Source: Lophium mytilinum (Eukaryota). Taken from it: a stretch of 64,000 bases of DNA. The position numbers and the translations under genes are program-made. Under the pieces are notes generated by a model that searched no databases, had not been told where the DNA came from, and worked only from the letters and a program-made list of their open reading frames with translations. Location: the NCBI GenBank assembly GCA_010093605.1, contig MU004193.1:1-64000 (forward strand). The letters are read 5' to 3'. Position 1 is the first letter of the stretch. Each line of letters begins with the position of its first letter. Shown piece after piece: positions 12,055-24,868 of the stretch.

Positions 12055-14549
12055 TCAATCGCTCAAATCCCCCCAATACTCCTTCAAATCATCCATCCTC
12101 CACTTCGTCCCCCACCCCGTCTCATGCTCAATCCTCTCATAAGCTTCCAAAATCGCCTTGTGTTCACTCGGGTGACTCATGACCTGTCCCGCAATCCAAA
12201 GCGGCTGGATCGCATTCGTCCAGCATCCGTGATGCGTATTCGAAATCGAAATCGCGCATATCTGCCGCGCATGCCAGAGGATACTCCTCGGTTTCTTCAG
12301 CAATTTCGTGCTTCGGGGCCTCTTCTGCAGCATCAAGAGCGCCGCGGTGTGGTAAAGCTGGTTCCCCGATACTGCGGGACCATTCCCGAAGAGGAGCGTG
12401 GGAAAGGGGCGGTTCTCGTTAGTATCGGCGGGGATGCAGACGATGGCTTTCATCTCTTCGGGGCGCTCCGAGTACCAGTCTTCGATGTAGTTGAACAACT
12501 GCAGCCAACGCGATTCGTAAATGCTCTCAGAAACGGGGTTGGCGAAAAGATCGAGCGCTTCTGCCATTAGGAAGACGGCGAAGTTCGCGTAGGTGTCAAA
12601 GCCGGGACTGGATCGGAAGGCGTGGACGTCGTTTTCGATGTTGGTTCGAGATGCCCAGTGTCTAGCAGGAATCAAGGTCCTTTCGGAGGAGATGAGACCA
12701 CCGCAGACGTCCATTCGTGCGAAGCACCAGAAGAGAGCTTGCTCGACGCCTCCGACGCAGCCATTGATTCCTACAGCTTCCATCAGGGATGCACAGCCGT
12801 CTAAATGTCTTCGCCACTCTTTTGGAGAGCAGCTCAGCATCTCAAGGACGCAAAGTACTACACATGATGCAATGACGGCCGTGTTTCTTGTTTGAAGCTG
12901 AGGGAGCAGATGATGAATCGCTTCCTGGTAAAGCGCTAGACTTCTTGATGACTTTCTATTCATCTCTTTACGCTCCAACTGCCTAGCTGATAAGGCAAGA
13001 ATAGAGTACTTCAGATGCGTGTGCGATTTCGCCATTAGTGGAAGCATATGCTCGAAATGCCTTTGATTGTCGAATTTGTCGAGCCAAGGAGCCACCTCGT
13101 CGATCCAGTTCTTCCACAGCTCGTACTCCTCAAGAGGTGGCAGATCTACCGCTTTGTATATTCCATTTTGTGGCTGCAGATCCGGAAGTGTGGCAGAGGA
13201 ACGTCTGGAAGGATTCCATGTTGGAGCGCTGTGCGCATGAGTAACGCTTTCTAGACCCGGGGAGACGTGGCGTGATGGGGCATTGGAGCGAGCGGTGTTG
13301 ATGATGTGGGTTCTTAAAGTGCTATGTAGCTCTAGATATGTAGAGCCGGGTATAAATAGCCCGTCCTCGAATAAAGGATCTCCGTAGTCAAAGATGTCGG
13401 GCTCGATTGGAGTACCGTGGTGCTGAGCGTCTCCCAGTTGAATCGGAATATCAGATACATGAGGAGACGTCATGTGTGGCTGTGTGTCACGTAACGATAG
13501 TAGATTTGTCGCCGCCGTATGGGCGAAAGACTGGGAATTAGGAGACGCGGTGTATGCAAGCCGTTGCGAATTCGGAGACGTGGTTGAAGACTCCGCTTCA
13601 GTGGCAAACCCTGGAGATAGAAGTGTATTAGTGGGTTGAAATGGAGGAGATCCGAATACGATATCCGATGTCGTTGGATTTGAATAGGTTTGCTGTAACT
13701 CCGGCACCGGATAGTCAGCAGTAGACGCCGAAACACGCGCCTTTCTGGTGCTTTTTGTTGTTGGTCGTTCAAAGGCATGGTTCTGCGATGGTGGGGTGTC
13801 GGAAATGCGAAAAGTGTGACTTGATTCGATTGCTAGGTCCTCGTTCCAGTCGATGGCGGTCTCCAGGAAGCTATTCTCGCGCCAGTAGTCCCGAACAATC
13901 TCAGACGTAACGTCAAGAATCTAGATGCTGGTAAGTATTGTTCTGAGCGGCCGCAAGATACAGTGTCTCGTAATAGATGACCGTGCAGCTTCCCGCCAAA
14001 CAGACATCTGGGCCGATGTATCGCCCTTCAAGATCATATCCACCGCTCTGCCACTATCCGGAATGGCCTCTCGAGATTATCAACTGTTCTTTAGCTGCAC
14101 TTCCCTCAAGTTGGAGTTCTGAAGCAACTACGAGGCCCCACAGCATTGGCAGGAAAGTACACGGATACACATGACCAAAGGTCGAAGCTTGTGAAGAAAC
14201 GAAAAATCATCAACCAACATACCTCATACTGCCTCGGCCTCTTCCTCGCCCTCCCACACTTCATCGACGGATGATCGTCCTGGATGTTATGCGCATTCTC
14301 CGTCCTAAACGACAGCTGCGTCCGCCATTCACAAGCTTCCCCGCGCTTTTGACAATTGGAGCAGCACGGCTTGATCTCGTTGCCTACACAATCCTATAAG
14401 AAGACTGACGACTACACACCGAAGAAGTTGAACTCACACTTCTTCCTCCGCAGCCGACAATTCAAACACCCATTGCGCGTCCTAGTCCGTTTCTGTGGTC
14501 CGTCGTCCATGAGCTCTTCATCCGCGGGCGAGGCGGGGCCGGCTGCCAT
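12055..14549 (-). CDS. Zn(II)2Cys6 transcription factor with fungal-specific C-terminal TF domain (multi-exon)
   Basis: Exon 1 MAAGPASP..KRTRTRNGCLNCRLRRKKC, intron, then NEIKPCCSNCQKRGEACEW. The large last exon has APWLDKFD..HF...ALSARQL..WRRHLDG..FWCFARMD. Confidence 0.92.
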
Positions 14550-15099
14550 ACTAATCCCTCAGTCACCGATGTTGGCGCGAGAATGTAGAGAGGAGGAGCA
14601 TTGTTTTCGGCGAGATAGAAGGTAACGGGAAGAGAGCGGAGGTCACGCAGGTAATCTGGGGTGCCACGAGGTGTGGAGAAAAAACGCCACGAAATGCGGG
14701 CTACGGTAGCCGCACTCGGCCGCGTCTCGGGATTACCGAGACGTGAGGTCTGGGACTGGAATTCACTTTTATATGAGTTGCTAGTGATATCAAAATGGTT
14801 TGAGATGAATTGTGGGTACATAGAAGACCTTGAAGCGTGGAGGACGAGGTCACGTGATAAGCAGCTTTGAGATGCCATTCTAGTTCGTAATTTCCTTCAC
14901 GCACATAATCTACTCCGATGAAATTCTGATTCACGCATCTACTAGTATTGAAGCGAACCGATATGCATGATTGAATGTAGAAAACCGGCTATTCACATAA
15001 AGCCGACCATATATACATATATACATCCCATCCATCATCCTCTTCACTCCAAGAGCCCCACCCCATCACTTCCCCACAATCTTAGCCTTATAGCAAAAT

Positions 15100-16872
15100 C
15101 TAATTAAACTTGATCTCCTCCACCTTCTCCGCGTTCTTTTCCTTCTTCCCCTCCAGACTCAAATCACTCGAATGTCCACTCTCCTCGCTTCCACCCATCG
15201 ACGTCTTCCAATGCATGATAACCTTCCCACCTGTGAACAGTTTATCAATTTGCTCGAGCGTCAGGTTCTGCGTCTCCGGGTAGAAGAAGTAGATCAAAGG
15301 CAAGAAGCAGAAGTTGAAGACGGAGAAGTAAATGTAAGTTTTCCAGGCGATGGATCTGATGCTGACGGGTGTGATTTCGACGACGAGGAAGGTGAAGATC
15401 CCTGCAATTACGATATTAGCATTTACAGTTTTTTTTGGGAGTGATGAGAGGTAAAATGGGGCGTTGCGTACAGTTCGAAGCAGTAGCAAGCGCCGCAGCT
15501 CGCGTGCGGATGGCAAGCGGTGCGTATTCCGCTGGTAGCAACCAGGGGATAGCGAGGAGTCCGACGGCGAAGAAGAAGTTGAAGAGGAAGAGCATGATGA
15601 TGGCTACGATGCCCGCACTTGAGCTGCCGTTCGCGACGGTGCCGGCGAGGATGGCCATGCAGGCGCCTTGACCAGCTGCAGCGAAGAGCATCAATTTGCG
15701 GCGACCGAGGCGGTCGATGATCCAGATTGGGATAAGAGAGGAAAGGAAGTATGCGACGCCTAAGATAGGATTAGCTCTGCATGAGAAGTGCGTGATGAAC
15801 GAGGGTTAGCTTACCATTGAAACCGGCAACTAGGAGGGCGGTGTTATGTGCCAGACCCACAGACTGCTCGAATATAACCGGTGCGTAGTAAGTTATGAGG
15901 TTTATGCCCGATAGCTGCTGCATAAACTGTCCGCCGATACCAAGGAGGGTGCGGTAAAGGAACTTCTGCTCCCCATTCTTCATCATGGTCTTGTAGCTTC
16001 CCGCCGCAGCAGCTTGGCGTTCCTCGACAATCGCATCCTGGATGAGTTTGATCTCGATATTGAGCGTGTCATCCTGCTCTGTGATCTCTTTGGCGTTGTT
16101 TTCCAATGCCCAGAGAATGTGTCGTGCTTCATCGTGTCGGTCGTGGGCAATAAGCCATCGTGGTGACTCTGGCAGAACACTGATACCCGCGAGGGTAAAG
16201 AGCGCGAAGAGAATTTGAAGCGCCAAGGGGAAGCGGAATTGGGCTTCGCTGGATACGTAGCTCATGCCGTAGTCGACCCAATAGGCCGTCATGACGCCGA
16301 AGATGTTGATGGCGAGTTCGATTGCGAGGCCCTTGCCACGCTTGTGGGCTTTCATCAATTCGGAGTGCCATACAGCTGGTATGGTCAGTATGGCAATGAA
16401 AAGCGGACTGTGGTGTGTATCGACGTACGGATAGTGCTGGTGTTCATCCCGTTACCGAGACCAGCTACGATACGACCAACGATAATTTGAGGGATGGTGC
16501 TCGCTGAAGCTTGGAGAGCGGCTCCGATGCTCAGAACAATAGAACCAATGATGATGCACCATCTCCGCCCCATTTTTTCTCCGAACAGCATGCAGAAGAT
16601 GGCACCAAAGAAGCAGCCCTATAAATGTTGGTTCGAGAAAGTATGTTTCATACCAGGGGACTTACGATTTCGTAGATTGCAACCACAGTTCCTTGGAGCG
16701 ATGAGCTTCCATGACCGCTATCGGTAGTATCAATCTGGGGAAAGGTGTTCGTGAATGCTACGCCCGTGAGCAGACCAGACATGACACCTTGATCATAACC
16801 GAATAGGAGAAACCCTGAGCCCGCAGTGGCTGTGATGGCCCAGCTAAGGGCCCGACCCGTGAGGATGGTCAT
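15100..16872 (-). CDS. MFS sugar porter, STL1-like polyol/sugar:H+ symporter (about 4 introns)
   Basis: Motifs LLFGYDQGVMSG, GRIVAGLGNGMNT, LPESPRWL, QQLSGINLITYY, PAEYAPLAIR, YPET. Confidence 0.93.
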
Positions 16873-17642
16873 GATGGCGGAGGATGAAGGGTGATGATAT
16901 TGAATTAAAAGAGGAAGCTCGAGGCTGTGAAAAGCAAAGAGATTCCGGGAACTTGGATACTTTAAGTAGAAACCTTACTGAAGTCACGATATGCCCGCGA
17001 CTTGCTAACGTGCGCCTTAAACGTGGAGACCCCAGGCGCAAAGTCATGATGCTCCATGGGGAATCACAATGCGGAGGGACTACGGGGCGAAAAAACTCGA
17101 AACGAGCACTAAACCAGGCCACGAACATGCCATAGCCGGCATTGGAGGCAGCTGCAAGCGCTTTCCGGTCCACGGTGCTTCGTCGGTGCCGTTGTTCAAG
17201 GACATGGTTTGCAGGCGATGATGATATTCTCTGCATGACTCGCGATGCGGAAGGACGTGCCCGGCGGCTAGTCGGACCTTTTTGCGAACCGGTGCCCCAA
17301 GTCGGCCGCTGCTTCGCATTGCCTATTTCGTCAAACGGCAGCTCTAACGCTTAATCGGCCGCAACCCCCTGCGGCATGCCCGCTCCGTTCTCGCTGTCGA
17401 CGAAACACCCGTGACATTTCCACTTTGGGTCACGATAGTCTTCAATAAGTCATCATTGATGGAAAATTGAATCACACGATGACTTGGGACGGCAGAAGCT
17501 CCGAACGCTTGCGGCTTCTAGACCCACGGCCGCGCAGTCCTTTTGGACCATCGTGGAACGGCGTCAAGGTCAAAATATCTACTCGACCGCCTGACCCGCG
17601 CTGAGGCTGTAATCAATATCATACTCTCGATCAATCTTCAAC

Positions 17643-19728
17643 ATGTCTCTTGGCAAACACTTCATCAACGATGTTACGAACCCAGTGGAACGAGCCTTGC
17701 GGAGTATGCTTCTGCATGACACAGCTCTACGCTTGATTGAATCAGAAAAGGGTGCGAAAACATCATCATATATAGCAATTTTATTCCCAGCTATCTTCTA
17801 ACTCCGATAAAGTTCTGTATCGTCAACAATCGAATGGCTCCTCCAAAGTACTCCTTCTTTCTGGAGGAGGAGCGGGCCATGAACCCGCGCACGCAGGCTT
17901 CCTCGGTGAAGGGATGCTTGATATTTGCGTCTCCGGCAACACCTTCGCATCGCCATCAGCATCACAGGTCTTTGCAGGCGTCAAGTCGTTACCTTCACCT
18001 CAAGGGTAGGCGGGGAAATGCGACCTCTCGCGCGATTGACTGACTGTCTTTAGAACCCTCATGATCGTAAAGAACTACACTGGCGACAAGCTTAACTTTG
18101 GTCTCGCTGCTGAGAAAGCGAAAGCAATCGGCAAACGCGTCAATGTCGTGTTCGTTGGCGACGATGTAGCTGTAGAAGGGAATGGTTTGGTCGGAAGACG
18201 TGGATTGGCGGGTGTAGCCTTTGTGCATAAAGTTGCTGGAGCACTTGCGAGCTCTGGGTTCGTCTGCCATCTTTCTTCTCTGATGTCGTATTGCTGTGTT
18301 ATCTTCGACTGATCTGACCTCTTCTAGTGCGGACCTTGACTCTACCACAGCAATCGCTCAAAAGGTGGCAGACCAAATGGCGACCGTCGGAGTGAGTCTT
18401 GACCGATGCAGCGTACCGCGAAGAGGAGAACAAGAGCCACTTCCTTTCGATCAACTCGAATACGGCATGGGCATCCACAATGAACCAGGAGTGCGCAGGG
18501 CTAGGATTCCGTCGCTATCAGAAACAGTAACACGAGTCCTACAAATGCTCACCAAGAAACGGAGTATAAGCTGGACACCAACTACAACGCAATGTCTTGC
18601 TGTAATGGTGAACAACCTTGGCGGACTCAGCGTGCTAGAGTTGAACGTTGTTACGCAAGAAGTGGTACGCCAGCTGAGAAAGGATGGCCTCCAGATTCGA
18701 AGACTCCTGATGGGAACTTTTGTCAGCTCTTTGAACGGTCCTGGATTCTCGGTAACATTGCTCGAAGTGGATCCCCAAATCGAGATGCTCTTAGATGCAC
18801 CGACTACAGCACCTGCATGGCCGAAGATAATCAGCCCTATCAGCATCAGTGCTGCAGATGACCAAATCATTCACGAGGCCGATACCGAGGCGGTTCCGGT
18901 GTCAGAAGGAACTCCGTTACTACCAGGTAAGGATATCTATCGCCCCTAAGCGATATGCGTTAACTGATTGTTAGTGTCTTCCGCTCTAATTACCACCATA
19001 ATACAATCAATCGTTTCCTCCGTCTTCACTTCCGAACCCTTAATAACGCACTACGACACCATCGCCGGCGACGGCGACTGCGGCGAAACTCTCCTAAATG
19101 GGGCGAACGGTACTTCTCCTTCCCATTCTCCTTTCATCAGTCTTGATTCTAACACCCCCCAGCCCTCCTCACCGAGTTCAGCAACCCAACCTCTCCTACC
19201 CTCTCCCTTCCCACCGTCTTTCACACCATCGCCACCGTAATCGAACGCAGCATGGGCGGCACCTCCGGCGCCATCTACGCCATCTTCCTGAACGCTGTCT
19301 CCACCGCCCTCGCTAAAACCAGCACTTCTACCGACTTTAGAAAGACCGCACCCCCGTCTCCTCCTATGTCACCATCCACTGGCCCTCAGTCCCAGCTCTC
19401 TTACTCGATCATCATCGCTTCGGCGTTCCGGTCTGGGCTTACAGAACTCTGTAAATATACCTCCGCGCGCAAGGGGCATCGCACACTGATGGACGCGCTC
19501 ATCCCATTCGTGGATGTATTCGAAGAGAGTGGCGATTTAATCAGAGCCGGCAATGCGGCGAGGGAGGGTGCAGAGGGCACTCGGAGCATGAAAGCACTCT
19601 TAGGCCGGGCAAGTTATGTGGGTGAAAGTGCTTTCGAAGGTGAAAAGGGGGGTATTCCAGATCCCGGAGCATTAGGGGTTGTGAGTGTGGTTGATGGAGT
19701 ATGTAAAGGGTTAGCTACTGAATCATAG
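17643..19728 (+). CDS. Dihydroxyacetone/triose kinase family protein (DhaK-DhaL fusion), about 5 introns
   Basis: Motifs [87 protein letters not shown]. Confidence 0.93.
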
Positions 19729-20242
19729 GGAATGGGGAATGGAGATCTGGATTATAGGGGGTCCGAAGCTTGGTATATATTATCATAGAACATGTTCAAG
19801 AGGGTATTTTATTCGTCCGATTCATAACCTACACGGAACTAGTGACGATTGACTTGTTATTGAGAGCAGCTTTTGAGTGAGATACTCGTGAATATCACAT
19901 AGCTTCATTGATTCATATTGTACAAAGTCCTCTAACATGCCATGAGAAATTGGACAGGATGTCGAATCATTGATTCCACTAATCAGGAAACCTGGGAAAC
20001 GTGTTACGGTCTTACCCATCACTCTTCTCTGCAAAACACGCTGCACTGATAGCACGTGACCTTCGACCGAGCACTTCGCAAACTTCGCTCGCGATAACCT
20101 TCAAGCAAGATCTGGTTATCCACGCATCCGAAATAAGCATCTCCTCACTAAACCACTGCTTCACATCTCTACTCACGACAATACAGCACATCTAGAAATT
20201 CCATCAAGTCTATAACGCCATCTACCCCTTCCCCTTTCCAAT

Positions 20243-21251
20243 CTACGCGCTAGCACAATGTCCCCCATCCACCCTCAAATCCGCCCCCGTCATAAACGCA
20301 CTCCCCTCCGACAACAAAAACACCGCCGGCGCCTTGAAATCCTCCGGCGCGCCCAACCTCCCTAGCAGCGCCCCCGCCATCCATATCTTCTCCACCTCCG
20401 GCTCCGCCTTCAGCAAATCATCCGTCATAGCCGTCCGAATATACCCGGGGGAGATCGTATTCACGCGGATACCGTACTGTCCCCACTCCTGCGCGACGGA
20501 GCGGCACATCTGGTGCACAGCCGCTTTCGAGGTGTTGTAAGCGGTGCAAGTAAGCCCCTACCCAGAGAAACCACATTAGTCTTCGATTCCCAAAACCTCC
20601 TCTGGGTGGGTGGATGGGTGCGTGAGTAGGGTGGGAAATAAAACTAGAAAACCAAAAAAACCCAAAACATACCCTATTCGCCACCTGCCCGCTCATACTC
20701 GCAATCATCACCACACTCCCCCTTACCCCCCTCTCCCTCATCACCCCGGCCGCCAACTTCGCCGTCAAGAAAGTCCCCACCACATTCACCCTCAGTATCC
20801 GCTCAAAATCCGCCGCCGGGTACTCCAACGCGGGAATCTTCTGCTGGATCCCCGCGCACGCCACCGCGCCCCAGAACACGCTGCCCGCGCGCTCCGCGCC
20901 CGCCGCGATCTCGGCAAACACGGCGGCGAGCGCGGGCTCGTTGGTGATGTCGCAGTGGTGGTAGGTGCAGGTGAGGTGGGCGGGCTTGGCGAGGGCGAGC
21001 AGGGCGCTCCAGTCGGGTTCGGAGGGGGAGGGCAGGATGTCGATGCAGGCGACGTGGCCGCCGGCTTCGAGGACGGCGGCGGCGAGGGTGATGCCCAGGC
21101 CGCGGCCGGCGCCGGTGATGATGGTGGTTTTGTGGGCGAGGGAGAAGAGGGAGGGGGAGGGGCTGGCGGCGGGGGCGGTCGCGGTGGTGAGGGCGGATTC
21201 GGGGTTGGTGGGGGGGAGGGCGAGGTCGGGGAGGATGGCGCTGGGGGACAT
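20243..21251 (-). CDS. Short-chain dehydrogenase/reductase, D-arabinitol 2-dehydrogenase-like polyol dehydrogenase (1 intron)
   Basis: TGAGRGLG Rossmann motif, ASMSG, YNTSK catalytic motif just after the intron, IRVNTISPGY, DLRVDGG. Confidence 0.92.
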
Positions 21252-21897
21252 TTTGGGGGAGGAGGGGTGGGTGTGAGGTTTGAGGTGTGAAGTATGAAGT
21301 TTGGAGATATGAGGGTTGAGGGTTGAAAGCTAGAGGAGATTTGGAGTTGAACAAGATGTTGTGGCGAAGAGTGAAAGAAAGTGGAAATAGTACCCCTCGA
21401 TGAGAAAGAAAAGAAACCCACACTTCTTACCCGCGTCTACTTACCGGGCTTACCAGAGAATTTCCAGGAACCTGGAGCAAGGGTCTTTGCGTTCCTAGGA
21501 AGTCTGCCCATGCCATGTGGAGTAGCTCCACCTGGAGAAGTTTGAGGAGAAAGCGCGTGCCGCGTGACGGGAACGCGACGTCGCCGGGAGCGCTTATGAT
21601 GTCTACTTTGATATCTTCGAAATTGTTAGTGTATAGCCAATCCGTGGTTCTAGAAAGAAGGGACGCTAGCTCGAAGCCGAGATGGGATACTCGAAGCGCT
21701 CCTCGCACCCTACGGCGACATTCTCGGCATACCTTCCCCGCCGCCCCACCACGATCTGCTCCAGCTTCCGTAGGGGTCATGATGTTTTGAAGAGGGAAGC
21801 TATGAGAGCTTGTCAACATGTTGAAAAGAAACTATCCCATGCAATTCCCGGGTTCTGCACTCAGTTTCCTCCTCATTCCTCGCATTATCCATTCGCC

Positions 21898-24193
21898 ATG
21901 GCTCCTTCTGCAATTCCCGTCGAGACGTTGAATCATCTTCCTCTTAAGACTGTCAACGGCAAGTCTGCTGCGGTAGATGATATTATAATTGAAGATGTAG
22001 AAAAGACGAATCTGGTGCTACGCACCTTCCGCTCCTTCATCGTGGATCTGTGTGAGCAGTTCAAAGGCGGACATCCAGGGTAGGTAGCTATCCAAAGCTC
22101 CTAGCATTTGAAAATAATAGTTCCAACCAGGAGTGCAATGGGAATGGCAGCCATCGGCGTCGCCCTCTGGAAATACATCATGAAATACTCACCCGAGAAC
22201 CCTTCTTTCTTCAACCGGGACCGCTTCGTCTTATCCAATGGCCACACATCTATCTTCCAATACATGTTCCTCCATCTTACGGGCTACAAGGACATGACTG
22301 TAGACCAACTGAAAACATACCACTCCACTCGGACGGACTCGCTATGTCCTGGTCACCCCGAGATCGAGCACGAAGGTATCGAAGTCACCACCGGCCCATT
22401 GGGTCAAGGCATCTCGAATGCCGTCGGTCTCGCGATGGCAACGAAGCATCTCGGGGCCGTATACAACAAGCCTGGGTTCTCGCTGGTCGACAACATGACT
22501 TGGTGTATGATCGGTGATGCTTGCCTCCAGGAGGGCGTAGCACTCGAATCTATTCAGCTAGCTGGTCACTGGAAGCTGAACAACCTGACCGTCATCTATG
22601 ACAACAACCAGGTCACTTGCGATGGGTCTGCCGATATTGCGAATAGTGCTGAAGATGTCAATGCTAAGATGCGGGCTTGCGGGTGGAACGTTATCGATAT
22701 CTTAGATGGGAACCACGATGTGGAGGCTATTGTCAAGGCTTTGGTTGCCGCACGATCGAGCAAGGACAAGCCGACATTCGTCAACGTACGGACCATAATA
22801 GGAATTGGTAGCCAGGTTGCGGGCGATGCGAAAGCTCACGGTGCTGCTCTTGGCCCGGCTGATGTTGCGCATGTGAAGAAGCAGAATGGGATGAATCCGG
22901 ACGAGCACTTCGTCATCTCCGATGAGGTCTATGCCTTCTTCCGGGAAACGAAGAGTCGAGGTCGCCAGTTGGAGAAGGAATGGAATGAACTAGTGTCAGC
23001 GTATGCGGCCGAGTATCCTGAACTCCACGCCGAATTTCAGATGAGGGTAAAGGGTGAGACGGAGGACTGGATGAAGCTCATTCCCTCGAAAGAAGAGCTA
23101 CCTACCACACCTACAGCGACTCGAAAGTCAGCGGGGCTAGTTTGCAACCCGCTTGCTGCAAAGCTGCCGAGCCTGATGGTCGGAACCGCAGATTTGTCTC
23201 CTTCCGTGAACACGGCATGGAAGGACAAGGTCGACTTCCAAAACGTCAGTACAACTCCTCCTACTAACCGCATACCTCGAAACTAATCCCCCACAGCCCG
23301 ACTTCCGCTCCGCCTGCGGCCTCAACGGCGACTACACCGGCCGCTACATCCACTGGGGCATCCGCGAACACGCCATGGCCTCGATCAGTAACGGCCTCGC
23401 CGCCTTCAGCAAAGGCACCATCCTCCCCATCACCTCCACCTTCTTCATGTTCTACATCTACGCCGCGCCCGGTATCCGCATGGGCGCCCTCCAACACCTC
23501 CAAACCATCCACATCGCCACCCACGACTCCATCGGCACCGGCGAAGACGGCCCCACCCACCAGCCCATCGCCCTCGCCTCCCTCTACCGCGCCATGCCCA
23601 ACCTCCTCTACATCCGCCCCTGCGACAGCGAAGAAACCGCCGGCGCGATGATCGCCGCGCTGAACGCGAAGAACACCCCTTCTATTCTATCGCTTTCGCG
23701 CCAAAACGTCCCCCAGTACCCCTCGTCGTCCTCCCGCGAAGGCGTCCAGCGCGGCGCCTACGTCTTCGTCGAAGAGCCCAACGCAGACGTCACCCTCATC
23801 GGCGTCGGCGCTGAAATGGTCTTCGCGATGAAGACGCGCGAGCTGCTCGCCTCGAACCACAACATCCGCGCGCGCGTCGTCAGCTTCCCGTGCCAGCGGC
23901 TGTTCGAGGCGCAGCCGGTCGAGTATAAGCGGGAGGTGCTGCAGTACCGCTCGAACGCGCCGCGGGTGGTGGTTGAGGCGTATGCGGTGAATGGGTGGGA
24001 GCGGTATGCGGATGCGGGGATTAGCATGAGTTCGTTTGGGAAGAGCTTGCCTGGGGCGGCGGCGTATAAGTATTTTGGGTTTGATGAGGAGAGCATTGCG
24101 CCGAGGGTGCTGGAGTTGGTGGAGGAGGTGAGGAGGGAGGGGGTGGGGTGTTTGAGGGGGGAGTTTAGGGATTTGAATGGCGGGATGAAGTAG
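21898..24193 (+). CDS. Transketolase family, dihydroxyacetone synthase (DHAS)-type (2 introns)
   Basis: Motifs GGHPG, DRFVLSNGH, SLCPGHPEIEH..EVTTGPLGQG, ThDP motif GDACLQEG...YDNNQV, THDSIGTGEDGPTHQP. The C-terminus GGMK has no PTS1. Confidence 0.95.
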
Positions 24194-24868
24194 GGGTTGG
24201 GTATGTAGGCGTTGGGGTATGGTGCTGGGCTGTGTGTTTGTACGCTTTTTCTCGAGAGGTCTTCTAGATTTCTCGTAGTACGCGGTTGATCCTATGTGAT
24301 AGTTGCATTGTTTGATTGAGAGCCTTTGACCCGTTCTGATTCGCGCTGGAGGGATTGTGTGTCGGTTTTGACTTTTTGTAATACGCTGGAGTGCCTCAGA
24401 CATTGGCATGCAGGAGTGTTCAATGGGAAATGAAACGTGCTAATAGAATTGGCATGGTCGATCTTTTGCGAAGTAGATCTAGATATAGTAGAGCCGGGGT
24501 CGAAAGCCATGCAGAAAAGGACGAAGGGATGTGGGATTTGCGATGAGGATATCCATCTCATCATTACTAAGGCCTTTTCAGCTGTCCTTTGTTCATTGCC
24601 TAAGGGCCTTTGGGTCCTTTTAAAGTCAATTTGATATTGACGCGCGTGAAGGGGGTTTGTTCGTGAGATCGGTTTGCTTGATAGATGTCGTGAGATTTAA
24701 ATAGAGTCGTGGGAGACCTGGGGGCCAGAAAAGCGGGGCAATTAGGGGATTATGTAAGCTGGTACTCATTGGTATGCCCCTCTGCGGTATATCTCAGCAC
24801 GGTACTTCCCCTTCGTTCCTTTTCTCGCAACTGCGAAGAGTTTCACGCATCTAAGTGACTCCTCCAAA

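Noticed and set aside
20610..21423. Long Pro-rich, Arg-rich and Gly-rich ORFs overlapping the SDR
   Set aside because: Shadow frames caused by extreme GC3 bias of the real gene.
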